Origin: Bacillota bacterium
GTDB lineage: Bacteria; Bacillota; JAAYKD01
DNA length: 64,000 nt
NCBI GenBank assembly: GCA_012522585.1
Contig: JAAYKD010000069.1
Coordinates: 1,602-65,601, forward strand
Direction of reading: 5' to 3'
Shown: piece after piece, positions 41,412 to 52,600 of the stretch
Layout of the letters: every line of letters begins with the position of its first letter
Position numbering within the stretch: the stretch's first letter is position 1
The notes under the pieces: model-generated
Database searches by the model: none
What the model saw: the letters and a program-made list of their open reading frames with translations, nothing else
What the model was told of the DNA's origin: nothing
Position numbers and translations under genes: made by a program

Positions 41412-42188
41412 ATGCAAAAAGAACAAGAAAAAAGATTGGCAGTTTTAATTGATGCAGAAAACATTTCCGACAAATACATTAAAACCATCATGGATGAGGC
41501 CGCAAATCTTGGAGTTGCTACCTATAAAAGAATCTATGGAGACTGGACCGGTAGCCTACTCAATTCATGGAAGACGGTTTTATTGGAGAATTCCATCATT
41601 CCCATTCAACAGTATCATTATACCTATGGTAAGAGTTCCAGTGATTCGGCCATGATAATAGATGCTATGGATATTCTCTATTCGGGAAATGTCGAAGGTT
41701 TTTGCATCGTCTCTTCAGACAGTGACTTTACCCGCCTGGCCTCTCGTTTAAGAGAAAGCGGCATGGTTGTCATAGGAATGGGAGAGCGTAAAACACCTAA
41801 ACCTTTTATTACATCCTGTAATCAGTTTAAATATCTGGATATTTTAACTGAAAATCAAGAGAAAGAGCGAAAATCCAACATTATCCGAGTTTCACAACAT
41901 CACATAAAAGACGATTATAACAACACCCAAGCGGACTTAGAAGCTATTAAAAAGACTCTCTTAGCTCTGGCCGAAGAAAGCAGCGACGAAGATGGATGGC
42001 TTTTTATTGGCGACGTAGGCAATCAATTGGCTAAACGATTCCCCGATTTTGATGTGCGCAATTATGGTTTTAAAAAATTAACTCCTTTTTTAAAATCTCT
42101 AAAACTATTTGAACTGAGAGCCGAACCGGCAGGAGAAGGTCGCAATGTCAAATTAATCTATATCCGTTTGAAGAACAACCATTATTAA
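41412..42188 (+). CDS. NYN (LabA-like) nuclease-domain protein with C-terminal OST-HTH/LOTUS domain
   Basis: NYN block RLAVLIDAENIS...YGDW...DSDF. C-terminal OST-HTH-like segment. Start chosen at the ATG that has a GGAGG RBS. Confidence 0.7.
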   Translation: MQKEQEKRLAVLIDAENISDKYIKTIMDEAANLGVATYKRIYGDWTGSLLNSWKTVLLENSIIPIQQYHYTYGKSSSDSAMIIDAMDILYSGNVEGFCIVSSDSDFTRLASRLRESGMVVIGMGERKTPKPFITSCNQFKYLDILTENQEKERKSNIIRVSQHHIKDDYNNTQADLEAIKKTLLALAEESSDEDGWLFIGDVGNQLAKRFPDFDVRNYGFKKLTPFLKSLKLFELRAEPAGEGRNVKLIYIRLKNNHY

Positions 42189-42270
42189 AGTTTGTTTTTA
42201 GGCTTTAATAACTATCCTTATCTGAGAAAATTAATCTAAAGAGTTTATATATCTGGAAAGAAGGAATAAT

Positions 42271-43149
42271 ATGGCAAAAATTGCATGGATTGGAACCGGC
42301 GTCATGGGAGCTTCCATGGCAGGTCATTTGAGCCAAGAAGGCCATGAACTTTTTTTATTCAACCGCACCCACACCAAAGCTGTTAAGGTAGCGGAACAAA
42401 TCAAAGCTAAGGCCTTTGACACAATAGCCGAAACTGTCAAGGATGCAGATTTCATCTTCACCATTGTCGGTTACCCTCATGATGTGGAAGAAGTGATGCT
42501 GAAACCTCAAGGTGTTTTCGATTCAGCCAAAAAAGGGTCCTTGATCATCGATATGACCACCTCATTGCCTTCCCTAGCGGTAAAACTCTACCAAATCGGT
42601 CAAGAAAGAGGTTTGAAACTCTTGGACGCACCTGTTTCAGGGGGCGATTCAGGAGCCCGCAACGGGACACTATCCATCATGGTAGGAGGAGATCAAGAAG
42701 ATTTCAAAACTGCCCTGCCTCTTTTTGAAGCGATGGGCCAAAACATAGTTCACATGGGAGTGGCTGGCAATGGTCAACATACTAAAGCCGCCAACCAAAT
42801 TGCCGTCGCCGGAGCAACTGCTGCCATGACAGAAGCAATCGTTTACTCTAAAAAAGTTGGTTTGGAGCCGGAAGCTATGCTCAAGGCTATTGGAGCCGGA
42901 GCGGCAGGCAGCTGGCAATTACAGAATATGGCTCCCAGAGTCCTGCAAAAGGATTTTGACCCTGGCTTTTTCGTCAAACACTTCATCAAGGATATGAAAA
43001 TTGTCAATGAGGAAATGGAAGAGCGAGATACTCATTTAGAAATGCTCAATACTGTTTTGAATCTCTATCTGAAGATGGCTGAAGCCGGTTTCGAAGACGA
43101 CGGTACTCAAGCCTTGATTAAGCTCTACGAAGAACAATCGAGCTGCTAA
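42271..43149 (+). CDS. 3-hydroxyisobutyrate dehydrogenase / 2-hydroxy-3-oxopropionate reductase family NAD(P)-dependent oxidoreductase
   Basis: Rossmann motif WIGTGVMGASMAGHL. HIBADH-family catalytic Lys region. Confidence 0.8.
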   Translation: MAKIAWIGTGVMGASMAGHLSQEGHELFLFNRTHTKAVKVAEQIKAKAFDTIAETVKDADFIFTIVGYPHDVEEVMLKPQGVFDSAKKGSLIIDMTTSLPSLAVKLYQIGQERGLKLLDAPVSGGDSGARNGTLSIMVGGDQEDFKTALPLFEAMGQNIVHMGVAGNGQHTKAANQIAVAGATAAMTEAIVYSKKVGLEPEAMLKAIGAGAAGSWQLQNMAPRVLQKDFDPGFFVKHFIKDMKIVNEEMEERDTHLEMLNTVLNLYLKMAEAGFEDDGTQALIKLYEEQSSC

Positions 43150-43303
43150 ACTTAAAGATAAACCTGTGTGTTAGCAATTACTCTTTGTTGATGCTCTAGG
43201 AAGAACAGTCGAAACTGCTAAACATATAGTTAAATCTTTATATGTAGGCAATCATACCCTTTGTTGATCTTCAACAGAAATCAGTAAATTAACTTTCAAA
43301 CCT

Positions 43304-43348
43304 AAAAAGGCTGTAGCAAAAATTTGCTACAGCCTTTTTGTTTTTTTA
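43304..43348. terminator. Bidirectional intrinsic terminator
   Basis: AAAAAGGCTGTAGCAAAAATTTGCTACAGCCTTTTTGTTTTTTT. Confidence 0.8.
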
Positions 43349-43390
43349 TTCGAATTCTAAAGAAACAGGACAGTGATCTGAGATTCCTTC

Positions 43391-45241
43391 TTATCCTACT
43401 TTTTGTTTCTTTTCTTCTATTTCCAGATGCTCATCCAGGGCTTTTCTAAACTGAGTTTCGTATAATTCAGTATAGACACCGTTTTTCATCAAGAGCTCTC
43501 TATGAGTGCCTTGCTCGACGATCCGGCCTTCTTTTAAGACCAGGATTTCATCTGCTGACATGATGGTGGATAATCTATGGGCAATGACGATACTGGTTCG
43601 ACCTTGCAAAAGTGGTAGAATAGCATCTTGAATCAGGCTTTCGGAGATGGAGTCCAATGAAGAAGTTGCTTCATCCAAAATCATAATTTTGGGGTTTTTC
43701 AAGATCGCTCGGGCAATGGACAGCCTTTGCTTCTCTCCTCCGGAAAGTTTTGTTCCTCTATTTCCAATTTGAGTATCATAGCCTTGAGGCAAAGTCATGA
43801 TGAATTCATGGATATTAGCATCCTTACAGGCTGCGATCAAATCCTCTTCTTTGCTGTTTTGATTTGCATAGAGCAGGTTTTCTCTAATGGAACCATTGAA
43901 GAGATAAGTTTCTTGGGTCACCATACCTACGGAAGAGCGCAGGAATTTTAAATCCAAATCCCTGACATCAATACCATCGATTTTTACTGCTCCAGCTATG
44001 ACATCGTAAAGTCTGACGACTAAATTTGTAATTGTAGTTTTCCCCGAACCTGAGGGACCGACAATCGCAACTGATTTTCCTTCTTCGACGCTAAAGGAAA
44101 TATCCTTTAAAATCTCTTTATCCTCACTATAATGGAAATTAGCATTTTCAAAGCTGAGATTTCCAGAAATATTAGCTGGAACTATGGCCTCAGGTGAGTT
44201 TTGAATTTCTATCGGCATATCAAAATAATCGAAGAGGCGAGTAAACAAAGCCATCGACCTGATTAAATCGACTTGTAAGTTCAAGAGGGAGTTGACCGGT
44301 CGATAGAGTCGACCTAAGAGAGCAACCATGACGGTAATATCACCGACGCTCAACTGATCGTTGCCTTTGATAATCATCAAATAGCCACCGACCAAATAGA
44401 TCAGCATGGGGCCAATGCTGGTAAAGACATTCATCACCATTCTAAACCAACGGCCGGCAATACTCTCTTTGATATTCAATTCGGTCATTTCTTTAGCGGT
44501 TCTTTCATATTTTTCATATTCCATCTCTTCATTGGCAAAAATCTTGACCAATTGTTGTCCGCTGACAGAAAGAGTTTCGTTCAAAATCTGGTTGATTTCA
44601 TCGTATTTTTGTTGAGCAATTCTAGTCAATTCCCATCTTCTCTTGCCCACATATTTAGTTGGCAAGATGAAAAAGGGAACTAAAACACAGCCCAGCAAGG
44701 CCAAAATCCAATTCTTTTGAAACATGGCAATCAATGCCAAGATGACCAAAGAAACATTTTGGATAAAACTGACCAAGGTTCCGGCAACAACTCTTTGCAC
44801 TCCGTTAATATCGCTGGTCATCCTGGTTATTATTTCACCTTGTTTGCTGGTTGAAAAGAAGCTTTGAGACAAATACTGGAGATGATAGTATAGCTCGGTC
44901 TTCATATTCAAGGTAATGTGTTGAGATATCCAGGTGTTGAGCTGAGCATTCAATACATCAATCAAATTAGAAAGTATCAAAACACCAAAGGACAAGCCGA
45001 TCAGCTTGACTAAAAGATTAAAATCTCTGCCGATCAAACCGTCGTCAATAATTCTTCCGGTGAGCAGCGAAGGCAATAGTGAAAAAGCCGATGACACGAT
45101 GATTAAAACTAAAACTAAAATCATCTGGGGAGCAAAAGGCACCAGATAAGAGAAGATTCTCTTGACTAACTCTAGCGTAACTTCCGGTTTATTTGCCTTT
45201 TCCTCTTCGGTTAAATAACGTCCGCGTCTTCCACCTCTCAT
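43391..45241 (-). CDS. ABC exporter, fused permease/ATPase (MsbA/MdlB-like)
   Basis: Six-TM N-terminal domain. Walker A GPSGSGKTT, signature LSGGEKQR, and Walker B ILDEATS. Confidence 0.9.
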   Translation of the reverse strand: MRGGRRGRYLTEEEKANKPEVTLELVKRIFSYLVPFAPQMILVLVLIIVSSAFSLLPSLLTGRIIDDGLIGRDFNLLVKLIGLSFGVLILSNLIDVLNAQLNTWISQHITLNMKTELYYHLQYLSQSFFSTSKQGEIITRMTSDINGVQRVVAGTLVSFIQNVSLVILALIAMFQKNWILALLGCVLVPFFILPTKYVGKRRWELTRIAQQKYDEINQILNETLSVSGQQLVKIFANEEMEYEKYERTAKEMTELNIKESIAGRWFRMVMNVFTSIGPMLIYLVGGYLMIIKGNDQLSVGDITVMVALLGRLYRPVNSLLNLQVDLIRSMALFTRLFDYFDMPIEIQNSPEAIVPANISGNLSFENANFHYSEDKEILKDISFSVEEGKSVAIVGPSGSGKTTITNLVVRLYDVIAGAVKIDGIDVRDLDLKFLRSSVGMVTQETYLFNGSIRENLLYANQNSKEEDLIAACKDANIHEFIMTLPQGYDTQIGNRGTKLSGGEKQRLSIARAILKNPKIMILDEATSSLDSISESLIQDAILPLLQGRTSIVIAHRLSTIMSADEILVLKEGRIVEQGTHRELLMKNGVYTELYETQFRKALDEHLEIEEKKQKVG

Positions 45242-45810
45242 AGACTTTCACCTTCCTTTTCTGCTTCTACACTTTCATTTGTTGAACCTTGATCCTTCTT
45301 GGGCAAAGTTCTTTCTCTTGGTTTTCTATGCTTACTATGATGCTTGCGACTTTTAGTCTTTCCAGACTTTCTATCTTTGTGCCTTTGCTTTCGTTTTTCA
45401 TCCATTCCATCATTTAGCTTTTGACAGAGTTTAAAAAACTCTTCCTTTTCTTCTGAAGTTAGAAATTCTGAAAGAAAATCAGGACTTTCCCCTCTTTTTC
45501 TTAACTGTTTTGCTTGATCTTGTCCGGTAGGTGTCAGGAAAAGCTGAATTGCTCTTTTGTCCTTTTCATCCCGCTCTTTTGTTACAAGCCCCTCCTCCAG
45601 AAGTTTGTCCAACCATTCACTTAAAGATGGAGGTCGTATATCCATACGCCGAGCTAAATCGCGTAAATTTATTCCAGGATTTTCCAAAAGCATGAGTTTC
45701 AATGTATCCAATCGGCTCAAATGACGATCACTGTGTGCTGTAAAACGACGAATACGTCTAGCTAGCTTGATTATTTCTTCTACTAAAGATTTTTCAATTA
45801 CTTCATTCAT
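45238..45810 (-). CDS. MarR-family transcriptional regulator with a Lys/Arg-rich C-terminal tail
   Basis: Winged-helix MarR core (..LSRLDTLKLMLLENPGINLRDLARRMDIRPPSLSEWLDKLLEEGLV..). Its stop overlaps the downstream ABC exporter start by 4 bp. Confidence 0.7.
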   Translation of the reverse strand: MNEVIEKSLVEEIIKLARRIRRFTAHSDRHLSRLDTLKLMLLENPGINLRDLARRMDIRPPSLSEWLDKLLEEGLVTKERDEKDKRAIQLFLTPTGQDQAKQLRKRGESPDFLSEFLTSEEKEEFFKLCQKLNDGMDEKRKQRHKDRKSGKTKSRKHHSKHRKPRERTLPKKDQGSTNESVEAEKEGESL

Positions 45811-46025
45811 ACAAATTCTCCTTTCAATTAATTAGGTTCCTTACTAATTATAGTATAGTTAGGTTCCTAACGATTGTCAAGGGTTTCAATTCGTTTTTTT
45901 ATGCCGTTTTTAGTTATTTCAAATTTTCCAGCCAAAAAAAATCGCAAAGGATTATAATCATACCCGTCGAATTTATGGGTTGAAATGCTAATTATATCCA
46001 CAAGTTATCTAAAAGGAGGTATAGC

Positions 46026-46737
46026 TTTGCTGCAAAATTACGATTCCAATGCACCGATCTTGGGTTTAACTAAGAATGCTGACAATCAAGAAATTAAATC
46101 CAAAGCTTTTGACTTCATCATTGATTGTGGTAGTTTGTTCTTTGCCAGCACCGATCAGAGTGGTAAACCAAATATCAGAGGCCTAGAAGTGCATCGCTTA
46201 GATGAGGAAGGCAATGTCTATTTTGGTCTCTCCACCGGTAAACCATCCTATACAGAAATCAAGGAACAGAATTTCATAGCGGCCAGTGCTTTTAAAAGTC
46301 TGCCCCTCGATTCAGGAGGCTATTCTATTGCCATCAGGGTCTACGCCGATCTTGAAGAAATGGATTCACCTTTGCTTATGGAAAGATACTGGCAACAAAA
46401 CCCTGGCACCAAAGAGATGTATAAAAAGGATCTGAGCAATTTTGCTTTGTTCAAACTTAAAAATGGTTACGGTGAATTCTTCCATGTGCGCAAGGATGAA
46501 AAGATTTTCAGATTGAGGTTTAGCTTCGGTCAGGGAAAGATCCGGCCTTTCCTCTACCATATAGAAGACAATTGCATCGAATGTGGCCTTTGTGCAGAGA
46601 GCTGCTTGATGGATACAATCCTGGTTAAAGATGGACATCATTATATAGACCATTACAGCTGTCTGGAATGTGGCAAATGTTACCAGGTCTGCCCGACTGA
46701 TGCGATCAGCAAGGCATCCCAGAAAATTCCTCTTTAA
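46026..46737 (+). CDS. Pyridoxamine-5'-phosphate-oxidase-like (FMN-binding split-barrel) domain fused to a 2x[4Fe-4S] ferredoxin domain
   Basis: C-terminal CIECGLCAESC and CLECGKCYQVCP clusters. Start placed at the TTG that has an AAAGGAGGT RBS. The listed ORF starts 14 codons earlier at an ATG without an RBS. Confidence 0.6.
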
Positions 46738-46782
46738 AAAGAAGGTTGAAATTTTTCAATCGAGATAGAAATTTCAGCAAGA

Positions 46783-46823
46783 AAAAACAGGCACCGAGGT
46801 TTTAAACCTCGGTGCCTGTTTTC
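46783..46823. terminator. Bidirectional intrinsic terminator
   Basis: AAAAAACAGGCACCGAGGTTTTAAACCTCGGTGCCTGTTTTCTG. Confidence 0.8.
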
Positions 46824-46829
46824 TGAATT

Positions 46830-47339
46830 TTATTCTTCAATAGCTTTTAAAACTGCTTGCATAAAATAGGGTAAGTCTCTGGGAGTCCGGGAAGTGATTA
46901 AATGACCATCGATGACTACGGCTTCGTCGACATGGATTGCACCGGCATTGATCAAATCATCTTTGATGGAATAAAAACTGGTAACCTTCTTGCCTTTTAA
47001 ATCGCAGCAGGAAGCCAGCATCCAGCCACCGTGACAAATAGTCGCAATGGGCTTTTTGGCTTTATCCATCTGTCTGACAAATTCTACCGTTGCCGGAGTT
47101 CTGCGCATGAAGTCGGGTGAGAATCCTCCGGGAATCACCACTGCTGCATAGTCATCTGCGTTGATGGCATCGGAAGCATGGGTGCTTTTTTCGGTAACAC
47201 CTGCTTTAGATGCAAAGGTAGCATCGGCTCTGGGGCCAACTAAGTGAACCTCATAACCTGCTTCGAGCAGTCTCAGGTAGGGATAGATTAATTCTCTTTC
47301 ATCGAATTGGTTTTCAATTAAAACAGCAACTTTTTTCAT
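46830..47339 (-). CDS. DJ-1/PfpI family protein (class-I glutamine amidotransferase-like)
   Basis: Nucleophile-elbow Cys in ICHGGWML. 169 aa. Confidence 0.8.
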   Translation of the reverse strand: MKKVAVLIENQFDERELIYPYLRLLEAGYEVHLVGPRADATFASKAGVTEKSTHASDAINADDYAAVVIPGGFSPDFMRRTPATVEFVRQMDKAKKPIATICHGGWMLASCCDLKGKKVTSFYSIKDDLINAGAIHVDEAVVIDGHLITSRTPRDLPYFMQAVLKAIEE

Positions 47340-47354
47340 TTACTTCACCCTTTT

Positions 47355-47582
47355 TTATTTTCGCCAATAATTATTTGCAGCTGCCACTGTTTGGAAATTT
47401 ATGGCAACGACTTGCGAGGCTAAAGTCAAACTATCTGCATTATTGGAATAATCTTCCCGTAAACGGGCTTTCACAGCCTCATCCTTTTGAATATAACCTA
47501 CTCCTTTACGAGCAAGAGTAATTGCTAATTCAAACCCTTCTTGAGGAGTAGCGGTTATCAATGATTCTAACCAAACGCTCAT
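47355..47582 (-). CDS. Hypothetical small protein, probably co-transcribed with the DJ-1 gene
   Basis: 75-aa ORF, 15 bp upstream of the DJ-1 gene. No recognisable motif. Confidence 0.3.
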   Translation of the reverse strand: MSVWLESLITATPQEGFELAITLARKGVGYIQKDEAVKARLREDYSNNADSLTLASQVVAINFQTVAAANNYWRK

Positions 47583-48118
47583 AATAATATCCTCCTTTAG
47601 TGATCTCTCTATAATTATACCTGATGACTGACGAAATGTCTATAATTCTAAGGGTTTTAGTGAGATAGTCACATTTCTCTGAAAAGCTTTGAGTTCTAAA
47701 TGCAAGCTTGATAATCGAGCAAGACCATTGCAACAGTCCTGCTTGTTAGTTTCTAAATTTTGTCTTTGGGGGAAAATTTAGCTTTCAGAGTCCAATTTGT
47801 TACAACATTCTATTTTATACAGCTTCCTATAATTTTCCCTGATATTGAAGATGAAAAGGCTAAGCTAACCCAGCTTTAGCTCTTTGTTCAAAGCAAATAG
47901 AAGGAATCTGTATCTAAAATCCGATTTTCTAGAGCCTAAATGGTATTTTCAAGGCCTGATAGGCTAAGCAAGCCAACCCAACTCTTTCGACTAAGGAAGG
48001 AATAAAGGAACAAAATGTTGAAGTTTAGTTGTGAAAAAAGGGAATATTTAATAATATTTAAACAATTTTCCCAGAGCTAAAATTAAATAAGCTCGACAAA
48101 TTTTGAGGAGGTAGGTCA

Positions 48119-49294
48119 ATGCAGTATCAAGGTTTAGTCATCTCTGTACCTAAGGAGATTATGCCTGGTGAAAAACGTGTTGCAGCGACACCGGAAACAG
48201 TCAAAAAACTCGTGTCCCAAGGAGCCACCCTATTAGTAGAAGAAAGTGCAGGTTTAGGTTCTTATTTTTCTGATGCAGAATATGTGGAAGCCGGTGCTAC
48301 TATTGTCGGTGATGTAGAAGAATTATTCTCCAAAGCCAATATCATATTCAAAGTAAAAGAGCCTCAATTCAACCATCAGGTAGGAAAACATGAAGTGGAT
48401 CTGATGAAAGCGGAGCAAGTTCTGATAACCTTCTTACATCCAGCAGCTCCTGCCAACCACGAAATGATTCAAAATTTGACGGCTAAAGGTGTAACGGCTT
48501 TGACTTTAGATGGAATACCTCGTATTTCCAGAGCCCAAGCTATGGACGCTTTGACTTCCATGAGCACTGTTGCCGGCTATAAATCAGTCTTGATGGCAGC
48601 TAACCGAGTACCAAAATTCCTGCCCATGATCGGCACTGCCATCGGTATGATGCCACCGGCCAATGTAACTGTCTTAGGAGCAGGAGTTGCCGGTTTACAG
48701 GCTATCGCCACAGCTAAACGCTTAGGCGCCGTGGTCTATGCTGCAGATATCCGACCGGAAGCTGCCGAGCATGCTAAGAGCCTAGGAGCAAGAATCGTGG
48801 AAACTGGTGTTCCGGCCGAAATTGCTATCGGTGAAGGTGGCTATGCCAAAGCCCTGCCCCAAGAATGGATTGTCAAAGAGCAAACTGCTCTCTACGATAC
48901 CATCATCAATTCAGATATCGTCATAGCAACTGCTTTAGTTCCCGGAAGAATGGCTCCCACCTTAATTACCGAAGAGATGGTCAAAGCCATGAAACCCGGC
49001 TCAGCCATCGTCGACGTTTCCATTGACCAAGGAGGCAACTGTGCTCTGACAGTGGGCGGCGAATTAATCGAACGCCACGGCATCAGCATCGACGGAACTA
49101 AGAATATTCCCGGTATGGTAGCCACCAGTGCAACCAGTATGTTCTCTAAAAATATAGTCAACTTTGTTGCCAATATCGTCAAAGACGGAAAGATTATCAT
49201 CGACACAAACGATGAAATTACCGATTCTACCCTGGTCTGTCAAAATGGAAAACTGGTTCACGCCGGTACCCGTGAGGCTTTAGGCCTTAATTAA
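48119..49294 (+). CDS. pntAA: NAD(P) transhydrogenase subunit alpha part 1 (dI, NAD(H)-binding)
   Basis: Alanine-dehydrogenase-like dI fold with GAGVAGLQA Rossmann motif and the N-terminal PKEIMPGEKRVAATPE signature. Confidence 0.92.
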   Translation: MQYQGLVISVPKEIMPGEKRVAATPETVKKLVSQGATLLVEESAGLGSYFSDAEYVEAGATIVGDVEELFSKANIIFKVKEPQFNHQVGKHEVDLMKAEQVLITFLHPAAPANHEMIQNLTAKGVTALTLDGIPRISRAQAMDALTSMSTVAGYKSVLMAANRVPKFLPMIGTAIGMMPPANVTVLGAGVAGLQAIATAKRLGAVVYAADIRPEAAEHAKSLGARIVETGVPAEIAIGEGGYAKALPQEWIVKEQTALYDTIINSDIVIATALVPGRMAPTLITEEMVKAMKPGSAIVDVSIDQGGNCALTVGGELIERHGISIDGTKNIPGMVATSATSMFSKNIVNFVANIVKDGKIIIDTNDEITDSTLVCQNGKLVHAGTREALGLN

Positions 49295-49317
49295 TAAATT
49301 CAAGGAGTGGCCATAGA

Positions 49318-49593
49318 ATGAATGCAATCTGGTTGCTTGCAATATTTCTCGTCTCCACTTTGCTGGGATATAAAGTTATCAGCGAAGTTCCATCATTATT
49401 GCACACACCATTGATGTCCGGCAGCAATGCCATCTCAGGAGTTACTATTTTAGGATCCTTGGTCTCGACTGCAGCCGCTGCTGCCTTGGGGAGCAGATTA
49501 TTGGGATTTGTTGCTATCGTTTTAGCATGTATAAACTTAGTCGGTGGTTTTGTAGTCACCGACCGCATGCTGAGAATGTTTAAAAGTAAATAG
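49318..49593 (+). CDS. pntAB: NAD(P) transhydrogenase subunit alpha part 2 (small membrane subunit)
   Basis: 91-aa, 3-TM protein with the conserved GYKVISEVPSLLHTPLMSGSNAISG block. Confidence 0.9.
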   Translation: MNAIWLLAIFLVSTLLGYKVISEVPSLLHTPLMSGSNAISGVTILGSLVSTAAAAALGSRLLGFVAIVLACINLVGGFVVTDRMLRMFKSK

Positions 49594-49607
49594 GAGGGCT
49601 TATCTAG

Positions 49608-52600
49608 ATGGAACCGATTTATATCATTATCTCTATCGTTTTAGCAGCTCTCGTTCTTCTCGGCATCAAACTCATGAGTTCTCCCAAAACAGCCGTCCAA
49701 GGTAATTTAATCAGCGCCTTCAGTATGTTGGCGGCAGTAATTTTGGTGCTTTGGACTAACAATATTTTAAGTCTCCCTCTATTGTGGGCAGCAATAGCCA
49801 TCGGAAGTATAATCGGCTATGTTCTGGGTATGAAAGTCACCATGATTCAAATGCCTCAGGTTGTTGCTCTTTTAAACGGATTGGGAGGCGGAGCTTCCCT
49901 TTTAGTTGCAGCAGCTGAAATTCTCAGCAACTTTAATCAAATGGACGCTTTTAGTAAAGTGAGCGGTCAATTGGCTTTAATCGTCGGTGGTATCACCCTC
50001 TCAGGCAGCATGATTGCAGCAGCCAAGTTGGACAGAAGGATGAGTCAACGTCCCGTAGTCCTCAAAGGCCACAATATTTTAGCCAACGGTAGTTTGGTCA
50101 TCATGATTGTTGCCACTTTTCTCACCTTATTGGACAATTCACCTTATATTTTCTTATCCTTCCTGATTTTAATACTATCCCTAGCCTATGGTTATCTTTT
50201 CTCTGTCCGAGTAGGCGGAGCTGATATGCCTATCACCATCAGTTTGTTAAACTCCTTTTCCGGATTAGCAGGAGCAATAGTTGGTTTTACCATAGGTGAG
50301 CCACTTTTGGTTGCAGTCGGTGCCATTGTCGGAGCCTCGGGTCTGATTTTGACTCAAATCATGTGTAAAGCCATGAATCGCTCCTTAGGCAGTGTCTTAA
50401 GCGGAGGCACCTCCAAACCGAGTAGCAAACCCAAGGTCGTGCCTGCGAAAGTGGAAGAGCCCGTTTTAACAGAGCCCATAAAAGAAGAAGTTGCTAAAAG
50501 TTTAGGGGATTTATTAAAAGAAGCCCAACGAGTCATCATCATACCAGGCTATGGCATGGCCTTGGCTCAGGCTCAAAATGAAGTAAAAGCCCTGACCGAT
50601 GCACTCATCGCCCAGGGTAAACAGGTAGAATTCGCTATACACCCCGTAGCCGGACGGATGCCCGGACATATGAATGTCCTTTTAGCAGAGGTTGATGTTC
50701 CCTACGAATTGATGCGAGAGATGGACGATATCAATCCTCTCTTTGCCGAAACGGATGTAGCCATCGTGGTTGGATCTTGTGACGTTGTCAATCCAGCCGC
50801 CAACACAGCCGAAGATACCCCCATCTACGGAATGCCTGTTCTTTCCGTAGAAAACGCCAAACATGTAATCGTTTGCAATTTAGATACAAACCCTGGCTAT
50901 TCTGGCGTAGACAATCCTCTCTATGAGATGGAACATGTCAGACTCCTTTTGGGAGATGCCAAAGCAACTCTCAAGCAATTACTGGCTGAATTTAAAGAGG
51001 AAAAGAAATCTGAGCCCCAGGAGATCGAAGAAGAAAAAACTCCAAGCTCTCCTTCCTATTTAGAACTATTGCACCAAGGAGAAAAAGTTATCTTCGTTCC
51101 CGGATACGGTATGGCCTTAGCCCAAGCCCAATCATTGGTCAAACAGTTGGCTGATGCTTTGGAAGAAAAAGGCAAAGAGGTCAAATTTGCCATCCACCCT
51201 GTAGCCGGACGAATGCCCGGTCACATGAATGTGCTCTTAGCAGAAACGGATGTGCCTTACGATAAACTTTGGGAAATGGACGATATCAATCCTCTCTTCC
51301 CGGAAACCGATATAGTCATCATCGTTGGTGCCAATGACGTAGTCAACCCGGCAGCCAACACTGCAGAAGACACACCCATCTACGGTATGCCCGTCTTATC
51401 AGTTGAAAATGCCAAACATGTAATTGTCTGTAACTTAGATAAAAGCCCTGGCTATTCCGGCGTAGATAATCCTTTATACGAAATGGATAATGTGACTCTG
51501 CTTTTAGGCGACGCTAAAGAGAGCCTGACTCAACTGATCGACCAGTTTAAACAAGGACCTATAGCCAAAGAGCCGGAGCCTCTAGCTCAAGGAACAGACA
51601 CTCTAACCACTGTTCTGGCTAAACCTGAAAGAGTCATCATCGTGCCTGGATATGGCATGGCTTTAGCCCAAGCTCAAACCCAGGTCAAGGAGATTTATGA
51701 AACCTTGGAGGCCAAGGGAACAGAAGTGGAATTTGCCATTCACCCAGTGGCAGGACGGATGCCCGGACATATGAATGTGCTCTTAGCAGAAGTCGATATT
51801 CCTTATGAAAAATTGAGAGAAATGGATGATATCAACCCTCTCTTCCCGGAAACAGATCTGGTCATCATTGTGGGCGCCAATGACGTAGTCAACCCGGCAG
51901 CCAACACAGCTGAGGACACACCCATTTACGGCATGCCCATTCTCAATGTAGATCAAGCTAAGCATATTGTGGTTTGCAATTTGGATCAAAGCCCAGGTTA
52001 TTCCGGTGTGGATAACCCCCTATACGAGATGGACAATGTCACTCTTTTGTTGGGCGATGCCAAGGACAGCCTGAATAAAATACTGGATATCTTCAAGGCA
52101 GAACCCTCAGCAGCCCCAGAAGCAGAACCAACTTCAGTAGCTCAAACTTCAGTCTTAGCCGCAGCTAAAAAGGTCATCATCGTACCAGGCTATGGCATGG
52201 CTTTAGCTCAGGCTCAAACTCTAGTCAAAAGTGTTTACGATGCCCTAGAAGCCAAGGGTGCAGAGGTGGAATTCGCCATCCACCCGGTGGCAGGACGCAT
52301 GCACGGCCACATGAACGTTCTCTTAGCAGAAGTCGATGTTCCTTACGAAAAACTGAGAGAGATGGACGATATCAACCCTCTCTTCCCGGAAACCGACGTG
52401 GTCATCGTAGTGGGCGCCAATGACGTAGTCAACCCGGCGGCCAATACAGCCGAGGACACACCTATTTATGGGATGCCCATCTTAAATGTAGACCAAGCCA
52501 AACACATCATAGTCTGCAACTTGGATAGGAGCCCAGGTTATTCCGGCGTAGACAACCCCCTATACGATATGGAGAATGTGACTTTGCTTCTAGGTGATGC

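Noticed and set aside
43150-43300. Two short similar motifs (gcaatta..ctttgttgat) in the 3' UTR of the dehydrogenase gene, considered as a regulatory repeat
   Set aside because: Only two imperfect copies of about 25 bp. This is indistinguishable from chance in AT-rich intergenic DNA.
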